This document shows positions 28,683-39,558 of a stretch of 44,110 nt of DNA, piece by piece. Origin of the DNA: Patescibacteria group bacterium UBA661. GTDB taxonomy: Bacteria > Patescibacteriota > Minisyncoccia > Phycocordibacterales > UBA918. The stretch lies in the NCBI GenBank assembly GCA_002299465.1, contig DBNX01000017.1, forward strand, positions 1 through 44,110. The letters run 5' to 3'. The notes under the pieces are model-generated. The model made no database searches. It was not told the origin of the DNA and saw only the letters and a list, made by a program, of their open reading frames with translations. Each line of letters opens with the position of its first letter. The first letter of the stretch is position 1. The position numbers were made by a program, and so were the translations under genes.

Positions 28683-28777
28683 ATTGAGTATTTATGTTTT
28701 ATTTTTATTTAATGTTTGCTCTGAAAATAAAAAACAAAAACACCTGGAGACCAATTCGATCCAAAGACCAAATCGAC

Positions 28778-29230
28778 CTACAGGAGTTCTTGATGTTCTA
28801 AATAAGCGATACCAGTTTGCCTGCGCGCTTCCAGTGTAGGCATTAGCCGTCTAGCGCTGTTAGGACGCAACAAGCTGAGCGCTTCCTCCGGAGCGACGAA
28901 ACGATGCTCCAATAATTGCGGAGGCAACTTAATCGCTTTTTTCATTTCTTCTGTGAACACACCACCAGCAAAAATAAACATGACGTATTCGTCATTTTGA
29001 CCACGGTAATCAATACTAAGCAAACGTACTTGCGGAGACACATCGACACCAATCTCAGCGATCATCTCGCGCTGAAACGCTTGGCTTGGTGCCTCACCCA
29101 CCTCAACATACCCGCCCGGAAAAATCCACCCGTCTTTATGAGCTGGTTTTACTATCAAGACCCGATCTTCTTGATCTGTGATTAGTCCAGCCACAACAAT
29201 ATCTTTGGATACTTGATGTTTCACCACCAA
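28778..29230 (-). CDS. NUDIX hydrolase
   Basis: PGGYVEVGEAPSQAFQREMIAEIG Nudix box (one Glu replaced by Ala); start uncertain by 1-2 codons. Confidence 0.85.
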   Translation of the reverse strand: MVVKHQVSKDIVVAGLITDQEDRVLIVKPAHKDGWIFPGGYVEVGEAPSQAFQREMIAEIGVDVSPQVRLLSIDYRGQNDEYVMFIFAGGVFTEEMKKAIKLPPQLLEHRFVAPEEALSLLRPNSARRLMPTLEARRQTGIAYLEHQELL

Positions 29231-29326
29231 ATTCTAGCACGTCTTTATTTTTAAGTCGATAAAAATAAACACCCGATAAGTCTTGTCAGATAAAAACCCG
29301 CCCTAGACTCCATTGAAAACGGCACT

Positions 29327-30691
29327 TTAGTATGACTTCAGCCGCCTAGCTTTGTCGTGTTGTCTGATTTTTTCCAGGGCCTTAGCTTCAATCTGACGAA
29401 TTCGCTCTCTAGTCACCCCAAACTCCTTCCCAACTTCTTCTAGTGTGTGGTAAGTACCGTCGAGTAGACCGTGACGCATTTCCAGGATTTTACGTTCTTT
29501 TTCTGATAACGTGTCTAAGATTTCAGTAATCTGATCAGTCAAAATGCTGTGGGCGACTTCTTGGTCGGGCGAAATTATTTTATCGTCAGCAATGAAATCA
29601 GACAGACTGGAGCGGTCATCATCATCACCAACTGGTAACTCCAGCGAGATAGTATCCTGTGAGATTTTTTCTATTTGGTAGATTTTTTCTACCTCTACTC
29701 CCATTTCAGTAGCAACTTCTTCCGGCATTGGGTCACGACCCAAATCCTGCGCCAACCGGCGTGACACTTGTTTGTATTTAGCCATTGTCTCTACCATGTG
29801 AACCGGAATGCGAATGGTGCGCGATTGGTCAGCCAGAGCGCGGGTGATAGCTTGGCGGATCCACCACGTGGCGTAAGTTGAAAACTTAAAACCTTTGGTA
29901 AAATCAAACTTATCAACCGCCTTAAAAAGGCCGAGGTTACCTTCTTGAATAAGATCAAGTAAAGTTAAATCCGGCGACCGACCAACATATTTTTTGGCAA
30001 TAGAAACAACCAGACGTAGGTTAGCGCGCGCTAAAAGATTACGTGCCTCTTCATCACCCTCGACAATCCGCTTTGCCAACACTCGCTCCTCATGAGCGCT
30101 GAGGAGTGGGTACTGTCCAATTTCGCGTAAGTACATTTGAATTGAATCATAGCCACTGTCACTGCGTTTGAAGGCGTTTTTCTGAGCGATGATATCAATG
30201 CTCGGGTCATCACCCAGCATACCTCCACTCTGGAGAACATCAATGCCAGCCGTAGCGAATCGTTCGTAAAGCACATCCAAAAAAGAAATGTCTTTCTCGA
30301 TTTCTGGAAATGAGCGTAGCAACTCATCGTAAGTTACATACCCGCGCTCTCGACCAAGCTGCATTAGCTCTGACGCTTTGAGCTCAAGAATCTTTTCGCT
30401 TTTAGTAAGTGTCTTTGGCTTGGTGTTGGTTTTTTTAACTGTTACTTTTTTTACTACCGCCTTTTTTGGGTTGGTAACCGGCGCTTTTTTGAGATTGGTT
30501 TTTACACGCGACACAGCCTTCCCAGCCGCTTTAACCGGCTTTTTGCTTACTTTTGTATCTTTTTTAACTACCGGTCTGGCTTTTGCTTTAGTTTTAGTCA
30601 CCACTGCCTTTTTGGCTGGTCTGCTGATTTTTTTTGTTACGGTTTTGGCCGTTTTTTTGTTTGTTTTTTTTGTGGCTTTTTTGATCGCCAT
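29327..30691 (-). CDS. rpoD: Primary sigma factor with Lys-rich N-terminal extension
   Basis: [44 protein letters not shown]; downstream of dnaG; start MAIKK 9 nt after TATAGT. Confidence 0.96.
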   Translation of the reverse strand: MAIKKATKKTNKKTAKTVTKKISRPAKKAVVTKTKAKARPVVKKDTKVSKKPVKAAGKAVSRVKTNLKKAPVTNPKKAVVKKVTVKKTNTKPKTLTKSEKILELKASELMQLGRERGYVTYDELLRSFPEIEKDISFLDVLYERFATAGIDVLQSGGMLGDDPSIDIIAQKNAFKRSDSGYDSIQMYLREIGQYPLLSAHEERVLAKRIVEGDEEARNLLARANLRLVVSIAKKYVGRSPDLTLLDLIQEGNLGLFKAVDKFDFTKGFKFSTYATWWIRQAITRALADQSRTIRIPVHMVETMAKYKQVSRRLAQDLGRDPMPEEVATEMGVEVEKIYQIEKISQDTISLELPVGDDDDRSSLSDFIADDKIISPDQEVAHSILTDQITEILDTLSEKERKILEMRHGLLDGTYHTLEEVGKEFGVTRERIRQIEAKALEKIRQHDKARRLKSY

Positions 30692-30730
30692 AGTGTCCAC
30701 ACTATACAGAAAAAATCAAAAATGTCCAGA

Positions 30731-32497
30731 CTATTTCTCACCTCCCACTAGCCAGCTCAACTCATAGTCAGGTTGACGCAAGGTCTGCTGTGCTTGCTCT
30801 ACTAGTTTTAGTGCCGCCGCGATTTTTGTCTCGTCTCCTTCCAATTCCGCTTCCTGCATAGTTAGTTTGGCTACTGTCATTTTTCGTTTTGCCATTAGCA
30901 GACGCAAATGATTCAGAGCATTTAACACCTCAGATTCAAAGACAATTCTTGACCGTGTGATAGATTCCGCTTCTGCCCGAAAAATCACTTCGGCCTGAAC
31001 GACACTCGATAAATTAGCTTCCATCTCAGCTACCGAACAACCCATAATTTCTGCCACCGCTTCCCCGAGACGCTTGGCTGTTGTTTCTGGAAACAAAGAC
31101 CTGACACTGATTAAATAAGTCTGTAATTTATCAACCCGAGTTTTTGTTTCGGCTTCTGGCTGGGTGGTATCTGCTTTAATTACATTCGGACTTTTGATCA
31201 TCATCGCTTCGGCTTTGCTAGAAGTTTCCAATAGACGCTCCACTTCGTAGTGCACAGCGGCGGCTGTCGTACCGAGTGCCGCTGCGACTACTTGTTCAAA
31301 ATGTTCCTGATCAATTTTATTAGACAAAATAGCAATAAAAGGTAAGACTTCTTCGCGAGCACGCAATTTCAAAACTCGCGGCGCTAAATCAAGTGCCAAC
31401 AACTGCTCCAACAACCATTCAATTATATGCCCAGACGAACCGACAGCATTCTTAAATAATTTAGGATCTTCTCTAACTAAATCAGCAGGGTCTTTCATCT
31501 GTAGGCGCGCCACTTTCACATCCATACCGCGTCGCAACATAATGTCAGCTGCTCGTTTGGCAGCGGACACACCTGCCTTATCAGCATCGAGTGCGAGCAC
31601 CACTTTAGGCGAAAGCCGTTCCAATAACTGTACGTGAAATTGTGTCAAAGCCGTTCCCGATACCGCCACTGTGTTGCGGTATCCGGCTTGGTGACTCATC
31701 ACTACATCAAACTGCCCTTCTACCAAAAGCGAAAAATCCATCTGACGAATTCCGCTCTTGGCTCGATCGTAGCCATAAAGAAGTTCTGATTTTTTGTACA
31801 ATTCTGTCTCTGGGGAATTTACATACTTTGGCACATCTGGACCTTTATCCAATGTCCGACCCGAAAAAGCCACCACTCGCCCCCCTTGATCAAACAACGG
31901 AAACATAATCCGGTTGCGAAAAACATCATAGGGTTCTTTACCATCTTCAGCTGTCTTGGTCAGTCCCACCTGCGCTAATTCCGCCTCCGAAAAACCTTTA
32001 CTTAAGAGATATTCTCTAGTCGTACGCCAACCCGCTGTGGGTGGCCCGGGCGCATAGCCAATCCGCCAACTCGCAATGGTATCAGCCAACACCCCGCGCT
32101 CTTTTAGATAAGTCATTGCCATTTCGTTTTGTCGCAACTGATTTACATAAAACATCGTCACCGTCTCCAACAGCGCATACCATCGCTCCCGTTGGGTTTG
32201 CTTAGCAGCAGACACTGGCGTCAATTCGACTCTGGCCTTTTCTGCTAAAATCCTAAGGGCTTCCTTAAAATCCACCCCTTCCATCGTCTGAATAAAAGTA
32301 AACATATCTCCACCTTGGTTAGTAGAAAAACAGTAGTACATACCACGATCGGGTGAGACGTAAAAAGACGGAGTTTTTTCGTTGGTAAATGGTGATTTAC
32401 CTTTGAAATTTTTACCCGCCTTATGCAACTCAACGTAAGGCGAAACAACATCCAAAATACTTAGCCGGTCTTTAATTTGCTGTACAGCATCAGACAT
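30731..32497 (-). CDS. dnaG: DNA primase
   Basis: EKTPSF, FRNRIMFP, KYVNSPET, VEGQFDV, LDADKAG; alternative start at 32503. Confidence 0.96.
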   Translation of the reverse strand: MSDAVQQIKDRLSILDVVSPYVELHKAGKNFKGKSPFTNEKTPSFYVSPDRGMYYCFSTNQGGDMFTFIQTMEGVDFKEALRILAEKARVELTPVSAAKQTQRERWYALLETVTMFYVNQLRQNEMAMTYLKERGVLADTIASWRIGYAPGPPTAGWRTTREYLLSKGFSEAELAQVGLTKTAEDGKEPYDVFRNRIMFPLFDQGGRVVAFSGRTLDKGPDVPKYVNSPETELYKKSELLYGYDRAKSGIRQMDFSLLVEGQFDVVMSHQAGYRNTVAVSGTALTQFHVQLLERLSPKVVLALDADKAGVSAAKRAADIMLRRGMDVKVARLQMKDPADLVREDPKLFKNAVGSSGHIIEWLLEQLLALDLAPRVLKLRAREEVLPFIAILSNKIDQEHFEQVVAAALGTTAAAVHYEVERLLETSSKAEAMMIKSPNVIKADTTQPEAETKTRVDKLQTYLISVRSLFPETTAKRLGEAVAEIMGCSVAEMEANLSSVVQAEVIFRAEAESITRSRIVFESEVLNALNHLRLLMAKRKMTVAKLTMQEAELEGDETKIAAALKLVEQAQQTLRQPDYELSWLVGGEK

Positions 32498-32542
32498 AAA
32501 CATGTGTATTATACGCGATGTTTAGCAAACGCACGATGTTAT

Positions 32543-32571
32543 TTGCTTTTTTTGTAAAAATGTGCTATAAT
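32543..32571 (+). promoter_or_regulatory. Orphan sigma70 promoter, divergent from dnaG
   Basis: TTGCTT-17 nt-TATAAT with extended TG; no credible plus-strand gene follows. Confidence 0.65.
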
Positions 32572-32583
32572 TAAAAAATAGCC

Positions 32584-32644
32584 GTTGCCCATTCAAAAAA
32601 CAAAGCCACTCAGACTGAGTGGCTTTGTTTTTTGAATGGGCAAC
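32584..32644. repeat. Perfect 30-bp inverted repeat (rpoC terminator / candidate hairpin RNA)
   Basis: GTTGCCCATTCAAAAAACAAAGCCACTCAG-A-CTGAGTGGCTTTGTTTTTTGAATGGGCAAC. Confidence 0.9.
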
Positions 32645-32650
32645 TAGACT

Positions 32651-35600
32651 TTAGTCAGCTTGAATTTTCTTGATGAGGTTGAATTTCTCACTGCCAGCAA
32701 AACCAGTACCCGCGGGTATGAGTTTACCAATAATCACGTTCTCCATAAGACCAGTCAAATTATCGTGACTGCCTTTTACGGCAGCGTTAATCAAAACCCG
32801 AGTAGTGTTTTGGAATGAAGCGGCTGACAAGAAACTCTTGCGAGAAAGTGAAGTTTCTGTAATGCCGAGAATTAACCGATCGGCTTTGGCTAATTCTTTA
32901 CCTTCGGCTTTAAGTTTGGCATTCTCTTCGGCAATAATCCATTCCTCAATCACCTCCCCTACCGTAAAGCGACTCTCACCCGAGTGAGTAATCTTCATTC
33001 GAGACATCATCTGCTTCACAATCAACTCAATGTGTTTACGAGCAATCGTCACGCCCTGTAGCTCGTATATCTTGTTGACTTCCGAAATGATGTAGTCCTG
33101 TGTTACTTCTTGACCACCGTATTTGAATAACTCTGGCAAAGAAGCCGAGCCATCTGTCAGTAGCTTTCCAGTCTTCACCGTGTCGCCCTTTGCGACTGTC
33201 ACCACGCGCCGGTAGTGGACCTCGTACTCAATGTTATCTTTTTTCTTAGGCGCACCCTTAGCAGTCATATCCGGTGCCACCACAATTACTTTTTCTCGCC
33301 CTTCCGTTCGAATATCAACCACCTGCCCTTCACAGTGTGAAATGACAGCTGGTATTTTCGGTTCACGTTTCTCAAACACCTCCTCCACTCGCGGCAGACC
33401 AGAAGTCACGTCGCCGCCTACTGAAGCCGCTCCCCCAGCGTGTTTGGTATTCATCGTTAACTGTGTCCCTGGTTCACCAATGGCCTGAGCGGCAATGGTG
33501 CCGACTGCTTCACCGATATCCACTAACTTGTTGGTAGTTAAATCAATACCATAACAGTGCTGGCAAACTCCCCTTAGAGTCTTACAAGTCATCGGTGAAC
33601 GCACTACCACCGACTCACAGGTTGATTCTTCTATAGCAATCGCATCCCGACGCGAGATAAGATGTCCTTGAGCAAAAACAACGCGTCCCTTGCTGTCAAC
33701 AGCGTCTTCAACCAAAATTCTTCCCTTAATGGCTTTCGAAAAAGCAATCTCAATACCCGAAGCAGAAATCCGACCAATCCGAACTCCTTGTTTAGTCTTG
33801 CAATCCGCCTCCGTCACAATCGCATCCTGAGCAACCACAAAGAGACGACGGGTGAGGTATCCAGCCTTTGCTGTCTGCAAAGCCGTGTCCGCCAGACCCT
33901 TACGAGAACCGTGCGTGGTAATAAAGTACTCAATTGGAGACATTCCTTCCTTCATGGAAGATAGAATTGGAAACTCAACCGTTTCGCCTCGAGTATTAAC
34001 AATGAGGCCTTTCATTCCTGCCATTTGAGCAATCTGCCCGAGCGAACCACGCGCCCCAGACTTCCACATTTCGTAAGCTGAACCATTTTCATTAAGAGTC
34101 TCTGGAAGCACCTTCTCAATCTCTGTTTTTGCGCGGTGCCAAACCTCAACAATCATCCGCCGTCGTTCGTCTCGAGAAATCAAACCTTCGTCAAAAGCCT
34201 CAACGATGCCCTGTTCTTCAGCTCGAGCTTTCTCTATGATTTTTGTCTTTTCCTTGGGCACACTCACTTCATCAATACCCCAAGTTGTACCAGAAACCGT
34301 AGCGTACTTCAGACCAAGTTTTTTCAATCGATCAACAATCGGTGGTACGGCTTCTGGGCCACGTGAATCAATAATGTCTATGATTACTGAAAACAACGTC
34401 TTCTGCACAATAACATCGTTAATGAAGTCGTGATCAGATGGTAGGACACTATTAAAGATGAGCCTCCCGACCGAAGTCGCAAAGAGCTTTCCTTCAAACT
34501 GTTTGTATTTTGGTGTATCGGTTGCCAACACTTGAATTTTGGCGCGAAAATCAATTACACCATGATCAAAGGCGTTAATCGCATCGTTCGGTGAGGCAAA
34601 ATATTTTCCTTCGCCTTTAGCACCCGGAATGATTTTTGTCATCCAATACGAACCGAGTGCCATATCAAGGAGTTTTTCTGACACCACCGGTTCGGATGAA
34701 CCGGGCTTCAGAATGTTCTTATTAGCTGAGATGATTTCTCGCGCTTCCAGTTGCGCTTCGTCTGACAGGGGTACGTGAACGGCCATTTGGTCACCGTCAA
34801 AGTCAGCGTTAAAAGCTCGACAAACTAGGGGGTGGACTTGGATAGCATTACCCTCAATCAGTACCGGTCGAAAGGCTTGAATACCCTGTCGGTGCAGAGT
34901 CGGGGCTCGGTTCAAAAGCACGTGTCGATGCCTAATCACATCTTCCAGTATCGCCCACACTTCCGGCACGCCGTCTTCAATCAGTCGCCCCGCGCCTCGA
35001 ATGTTATAAGCTAATTCTTGTTTGAGTAACTCAGCAATCACAAAGGGGCGGAAAAGTTCGAGTGCCATATGCTTAGGCAAACCACACTGATCAAGTGCTA
35101 ATTCCGGACCAATAACAATCACCGAACGACCAGAGTAGTCAACACGCTTACCCAAAAGATTTTGACGGAAATATCCCTGCTTACTTTTTAGATAATCCGA
35201 CAGAGACTTCAGTGGGCGTCTTTGCGCCTGACTCATGGCTGAGTAAGCTCCGCCGCCATGTCGAATTGAGTTGTCAATCAAGGCATCTACCGCTTCTTGC
35301 AAAATGCGTTTTTCGTTACGCAAAATCACATCTGGCGCCTGAATATCCATCAGCTTCTTGAGACGATTGTTACGATTGATAACTCGTCGGTACAAGTCAT
35401 TTAGGTCTGAGGAAGCGTGTCGACCTCCTTCCAAAGCCACCATCGGTCTAATCGCTGGCGGTATGACAGGAATCCGGGTGAGGAACATCCATTCTGGTCG
35501 CACTCCCGCATTATTCATTCCCCTGATTAAGGTCATTCTCTTATCAATTTTTGCCCGCTCCAAAGCTCCGGCTGTCGTTCGTTCTTTTTCGAGTTGAGTC

Positions 35601-36313
35601 AAAAGTGTGTCGAAATTTACAGACTTAAATAAGTCATAAATAGCCTCCGCCCCAATTCGCGCCTCAAACAAAGTACTATACTTGATTGAATAACGGTGAA
35701 AACTCATTTCATCCAAGACTACTCCCGGATTGATGCTGTTAATTTCTCGCTTAGTTTCATCCGCTCTGGTCTGCAGGGCTTGCTGGGCATCTTCGTTTTG
35801 GAGTGATTTGAGCTTTGCCTTAAACTCCGTATCAAGCTCACGCAACAAACGCGCTTTATGTTCCTCGCTCACTTTTGTGACGATGTAACCGGCAAAATAA
35901 ATTACTTTCTCGATTTGAGCAGCTGAGATATCGAGAATCATCGCAATGCGACTCGGTACACCGCGCAAGAACCAAATATGCGAGACGGGGATACAAAGAT
36001 CAATGTGACCCATTCGCTCCCGCCGTACGATAGCCCGCGTGATTTCCACTCCGCATTTTTCACAAACTATTCCCTTGTAGCGAATACCGCGGTATTTTTT
36101 ACAAGCACACTCATAATCCTCAACTGGACCAAAAATTCGTTCATCAAACAGACCATGTTTTTCTGGTCGTTGCGTTCGGTAGTTGATTGTTTCTGGCTTG
36201 GTAACCTCACCGTGCGACCACTCGAGAATAGTATCCGGCGACGCTAGACGAAGGCTAATTCCAGTATACTCGACTGGTGTAGTCTGTTTGTTGAATGATG
36301 ACATTGTTGACAT
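32651..36313 (-). CDS. rpoC: RNA polymerase beta' subunit
   Basis: NADFDGDQM, LLGKRVDYSGR, N-terminal zinc ribbon. Confidence 0.99.
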   Translation of the reverse strand: MSTMSSFNKQTTPVEYTGISLRLASPDTILEWSHGEVTKPETINYRTQRPEKHGLFDERIFGPVEDYECACKKYRGIRYKGIVCEKCGVEITRAIVRRERMGHIDLCIPVSHIWFLRGVPSRIAMILDISAAQIEKVIYFAGYIVTKVSEEHKARLLRELDTEFKAKLKSLQNEDAQQALQTRADETKREINSINPGVVLDEMSFHRYSIKYSTLFEARIGAEAIYDLFKSVNFDTLLTQLEKERTTAGALERAKIDKRMTLIRGMNNAGVRPEWMFLTRIPVIPPAIRPMVALEGGRHASSDLNDLYRRVINRNNRLKKLMDIQAPDVILRNEKRILQEAVDALIDNSIRHGGGAYSAMSQAQRRPLKSLSDYLKSKQGYFRQNLLGKRVDYSGRSVIVIGPELALDQCGLPKHMALELFRPFVIAELLKQELAYNIRGAGRLIEDGVPEVWAILEDVIRHRHVLLNRAPTLHRQGIQAFRPVLIEGNAIQVHPLVCRAFNADFDGDQMAVHVPLSDEAQLEAREIISANKNILKPGSSEPVVSEKLLDMALGSYWMTKIIPGAKGEGKYFASPNDAINAFDHGVIDFRAKIQVLATDTPKYKQFEGKLFATSVGRLIFNSVLPSDHDFINDVIVQKTLFSVIIDIIDSRGPEAVPPIVDRLKKLGLKYATVSGTTWGIDEVSVPKEKTKIIEKARAEEQGIVEAFDEGLISRDERRRMIVEVWHRAKTEIEKVLPETLNENGSAYEMWKSGARGSLGQIAQMAGMKGLIVNTRGETVEFPILSSMKEGMSPIEYFITTHGSRKGLADTALQTAKAGYLTRRLFVVAQDAIVTEADCKTKQGVRIGRISASGIEIAFSKAIKGRILVEDAVDSKGRVVFAQGHLISRRDAIAIEESTCESVVVRSPMTCKTLRGVCQHCYGIDLTTNKLVDIGEAVGTIAAQAIGEPGTQLTMNTKHAGGAASVGGDVTSGLPRVEEVFEKREPKIPAVISHCEGQVVDIRTEGREKVIVVAPDMTAKGAPKKKDNIEYEVHYRRVVTVAKGDTVKTGKLLTDGSASLPELFKYGGQEVTQDYIISEVNKIYELQGVTIARKHIELIVKQMMSRMKITHSGESRFTVGEVIEEWIIAEENAKLKAEGKELAKADRLILGITETSLSRKSFLSAASFQNTTRVLINAAVKGSHDNLTGLMENVIIGKLIPAGTGFAGSEKFNLIKKIQAD

Positions 36314-36333
36314 AGTGACTATTCTTAAATGAT

Positions 36334-39300
36334 TTATATTTCACGACGAGTACGCTCCAAACGTTCGGCACGTTCCAACTTAACATCCAAAGCCAAACCA
36401 CGCAGCTGATTAACGAGGACATTGAAAGCGGCTGGCGTGTGCGGATGACTAATCCGATCACCTCTAACAATCGCATCAAAAGTCGCCGACCGACCGACAA
36501 TATCGTCAGATTTTATGGTTAACATTTCACGCAAGGTGTAAGCGGCTCCATAACCCAAGAGAGCCCACACTTCCATTTCCCCAAAGCGCTGACCCCCCAC
36601 CTGAGCTTTTCCGCCTAGTGGTTGCTGGGTGATTAGTGAGTAGGGTCCAATCGAACGCATGTGAATTTTATCTTCCACCATGTGATGAAGTTTCAATATG
36701 TACATGTAACCAACTGCCGTCTTCTGAGCAAATGGCTCACCCGTAAGACCATCTCTAAGCTGAATCTTTCCATCTTCAGGTAGACCAGCAGCCTTGAGCT
36801 CGGCCTTAACATGTTCTTCGGTTGCACCTGCAAACGGCGGAACGATAGCTTGATATCCCAGGGTATTAGCTGCCATTCCTAAGTGAAGTTCCAAAATCTG
36901 ACCCAGGTTCATTCGAGATGGCACGCCGAGTGGTGTCAACAGAATATCAATCGGACGACCGTCTTCTGTGTAAGGCATATCTTCCTCTGGCAAAATTCTA
37001 GAAATTACTCCTTTGTTACCATGACGACCCGCCAACTTATCACCGACGGAAACATTACGAACCTGAGCAATCGTGACGTGGATACGCTTTATGACACCAC
37101 TATCAAGCTGGTCGCCATTTTCACGCGTAAACACTTTTACCCCAATCACTCGCCCGCGCTTTCCGGCCTCCAGTCTTAGTGAAGTATCTTTAACATCTTT
37201 TGCTTTTTCGCCAAAGATCGAGCGTAAGAGACGCTCTTCGGGCGTGAGCTGAGTCTCCCCTTTAGGAGTGACTTTACCGACTAGAATATCGCCTGGTCTA
37301 ACCTCAGCGCCGATTCTAATGATGCCATTCTCATCCAGATTGCGGAGTTTGAGCTCCGAGACGTTTGGAATGTCAGCGGAAGTGACTTCCGGACCAAGCT
37401 TAGTATCACGTACCGAGACCTCGAGTTCATCTAGGTGGATAGTTGAAAATTTACTTTGTTTAACTAGTCGTTCTGAAATAACAATCGCGTCTTCGTAGTT
37501 GGCGCCATTCCAGCTCATAAAAGCCACTAATGCATTTTGTCCAACCGCAATCTGTCCATTGTCAGTTGATGAGGTGTCCGCCAAGAGATCTCCGGTTTTT
37601 ACCTTATCCCCAACCGTTACCGCTGGGCGGTGATAGAAAGCTGAGAAGTCATTAGTCCTTTGGAAAGTAGTAAGTGGGTATTCGTGTTTCTTGCCGTCTT
37701 TGTTTTTTACCACAATCTTTTGCGCGTCACACTCCACAACTTCTCCGGCTTCAGACGCATGCACGACACGCCCCACATCACGCGCCACCATCCCCTCCAC
37801 TCCAGTGGCTACCAGCGGTGCCTCGGGTACCACACACGGGGTGGCTTGTTTTTGCATATTTGATCCCATGAGAGTACGGTTAGCGTCATCGTGATTCAAA
37901 AACGGAATCATCGAAGTAGCCACCGAGAAAGGTTGATTCGAGGCGATGTCAATATAGTCAACTTCCTTACGGGGAATGATGTGCGGTTCACCTTTTCTAC
38001 GCGCCTCTACATAATCAGATTTTATCTTCCCGTTTTGGTCTAAAGCGACAGCGGCATGAGCAATGTTAAATCTCTCTTCTTCGTGTGCGTTCATAAAGAC
38101 AATTTCATCAGTCACCACCCCGTTTTTTACCTTTGCGTAGGGCGTCTCGATAATACCAAAGCGATTAACCCGTGCGTACATCGACAAACGCAAGATAAGA
38201 CCAATGTTAGGACCTTCTGGAGTGTGAATCGGGCAAAGACGACCGTAGTGTGAAGTGTGAATGTCCCGCACCTCAAAGCCAGCACGTTCCCGCGTTAGCC
38301 CACCTGGTCCGAGTGCGGATAGTGTTCGTAAGTGCTCAATTTCCGCTAGAATGTTTTGTTGTTGTGAGAATTGCGAAAGCTGGTTGGTGCTAAAAAATTC
38401 CTTGATGGCGGCTTGTAGCGGACGCGGATTAATAATCTGCATCGGCAGTGAAGTCTCGGCCTCAATCGTTGACATACGGTCTTGGATGTTTCGCTTCATC
38501 CGAGTCATACCAACCCGCACTCGCTGTTGTAGCATCTCACCAAAATAACGAACTCGCCTAAAACCAAGATGATCAATATCATCTGGCAAGGCCTCGGGCT
38601 CGTGATTATTGGTAACAATCTGACCCAAAATCAACTGGAGGTCTTTGATTGAAATTACTCGCTCGTTAGTCGCCTTTTCATCAATCGGACGACCGAATCG
38701 TTCGTTAAAGTGGTGACGACCAATCTCAGAAAGGTCATAACGTTCGGGGGAGAAAATTGATTTAACAAATTCCCGTGCGTTCTCTACTGTCGCCAAATCA
38801 CCATCCCGCAGACGCCGATAGATTTCCACATAAGAATCATCGAGAGTCTTAGCCGGGTCTTTCGCAATCGTCGCCTTCATATATTCCTCACCGCGTGGAA
38901 TATCTTTAAGCAGAGCGATTAAATCTTTTTCCTTCTCAAGGCCAATTACGCGCAACAAAGAAGAAATCGGAAACTTCTTTTTTCGGTCAATTTTTACATA
39001 AATGACACCATCGGCCTCTGACTCAATCTCTACCCACGCGCCGCGGGCGGGAATAATTTTCGCCCCGAATAGCTGTCGCCCCTTCACTTCTTCCGACGTG
39101 AAAAAGATACCGTAAGAACGAGCCAACTGCGGCACAATCACGCGCTCCACTCCATTTATGATGAACGTTCCGTGTTCGGTCATAACTGGTAGATCAGTCA
39201 TAAAAATTTCCTGATCTTTTTCGCTTTCAAACGTCTTGTTTTTCAAGATAACCTGAGCGCGTAGTGGCGCTTCGTAAGTTATCTTGTTTTCTTTTGCATA

Positions 39301-39558
39301 TTCCGGAGTACATTTCGGTGCTCCTAATTCGTATTTTTTAAAACGTAGCTCAAACTTTTTTTCTGAATAATCGCTAATCGGTGAAAATTCTGTGAAAATT
39401 TCTTTGAGAGCGGTCTCCACAAACCAGCGAAACGATATTCGTTGCGGTTCAATTAAATCCGGCAAATCAATCCGCGGCGGTTGACTTACTTGGAAATATT
39501 TTTGTGTCATTTTACCGACTGACAACGCTTCCTCTGCTTTGTGTTTTGTTTTTGACAT
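36334..39558 (-). CDS. rpoB: RNA polymerase beta subunit
   Basis: GDKLAGRHGNKG, SRMNLGQ, GGQRFGEME. Confidence 0.99.
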   Translation of the reverse strand: MSKTKHKAEEALSVGKMTQKYFQVSQPPRIDLPDLIEPQRISFRWFVETALKEIFTEFSPISDYSEKKFELRFKKYELGAPKCTPEYAKENKITYEAPLRAQVILKNKTFESEKDQEIFMTDLPVMTEHGTFIINGVERVIVPQLARSYGIFFTSEEVKGRQLFGAKIIPARGAWVEIESEADGVIYVKIDRKKKFPISSLLRVIGLEKEKDLIALLKDIPRGEEYMKATIAKDPAKTLDDSYVEIYRRLRDGDLATVENAREFVKSIFSPERYDLSEIGRHHFNERFGRPIDEKATNERVISIKDLQLILGQIVTNNHEPEALPDDIDHLGFRRVRYFGEMLQQRVRVGMTRMKRNIQDRMSTIEAETSLPMQIINPRPLQAAIKEFFSTNQLSQFSQQQNILAEIEHLRTLSALGPGGLTRERAGFEVRDIHTSHYGRLCPIHTPEGPNIGLILRLSMYARVNRFGIIETPYAKVKNGVVTDEIVFMNAHEEERFNIAHAAVALDQNGKIKSDYVEARRKGEPHIIPRKEVDYIDIASNQPFSVATSMIPFLNHDDANRTLMGSNMQKQATPCVVPEAPLVATGVEGMVARDVGRVVHASEAGEVVECDAQKIVVKNKDGKKHEYPLTTFQRTNDFSAFYHRPAVTVGDKVKTGDLLADTSSTDNGQIAVGQNALVAFMSWNGANYEDAIVISERLVKQSKFSTIHLDELEVSVRDTKLGPEVTSADIPNVSELKLRNLDENGIIRIGAEVRPGDILVGKVTPKGETQLTPEERLLRSIFGEKAKDVKDTSLRLEAGKRGRVIGVKVFTRENGDQLDSGVIKRIHVTIAQVRNVSVGDKLAGRHGNKGVISRILPEEDMPYTEDGRPIDILLTPLGVPSRMNLGQILELHLGMAANTLGYQAIVPPFAGATEEHVKAELKAAGLPEDGKIQLRDGLTGEPFAQKTAVGYMYILKLHHMVEDKIHMRSIGPYSLITQQPLGGKAQVGGQRFGEMEVWALLGYGAAYTLREMLTIKSDDIVGRSATFDAIVRGDRISHPHTPAAFNVLVNQLRGLALDVKLERAERLERTRREI

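Noticed and set aside
30378..30767. 129-aa hydrophobic 'membrane protein' ORF on the plus strand
   Set aside because: Antisense mirror of the Lys-rich rpoD tail (AAA codons read as TTT/Phe).
32651..39558. Numerous antisense ORFs within rpoB/rpoC (also within atpA/atpD); possible inteins or introns
   Set aside because: Typical antisense shadows of conserved genes; both subunits are continuous and compact, with no insertion.
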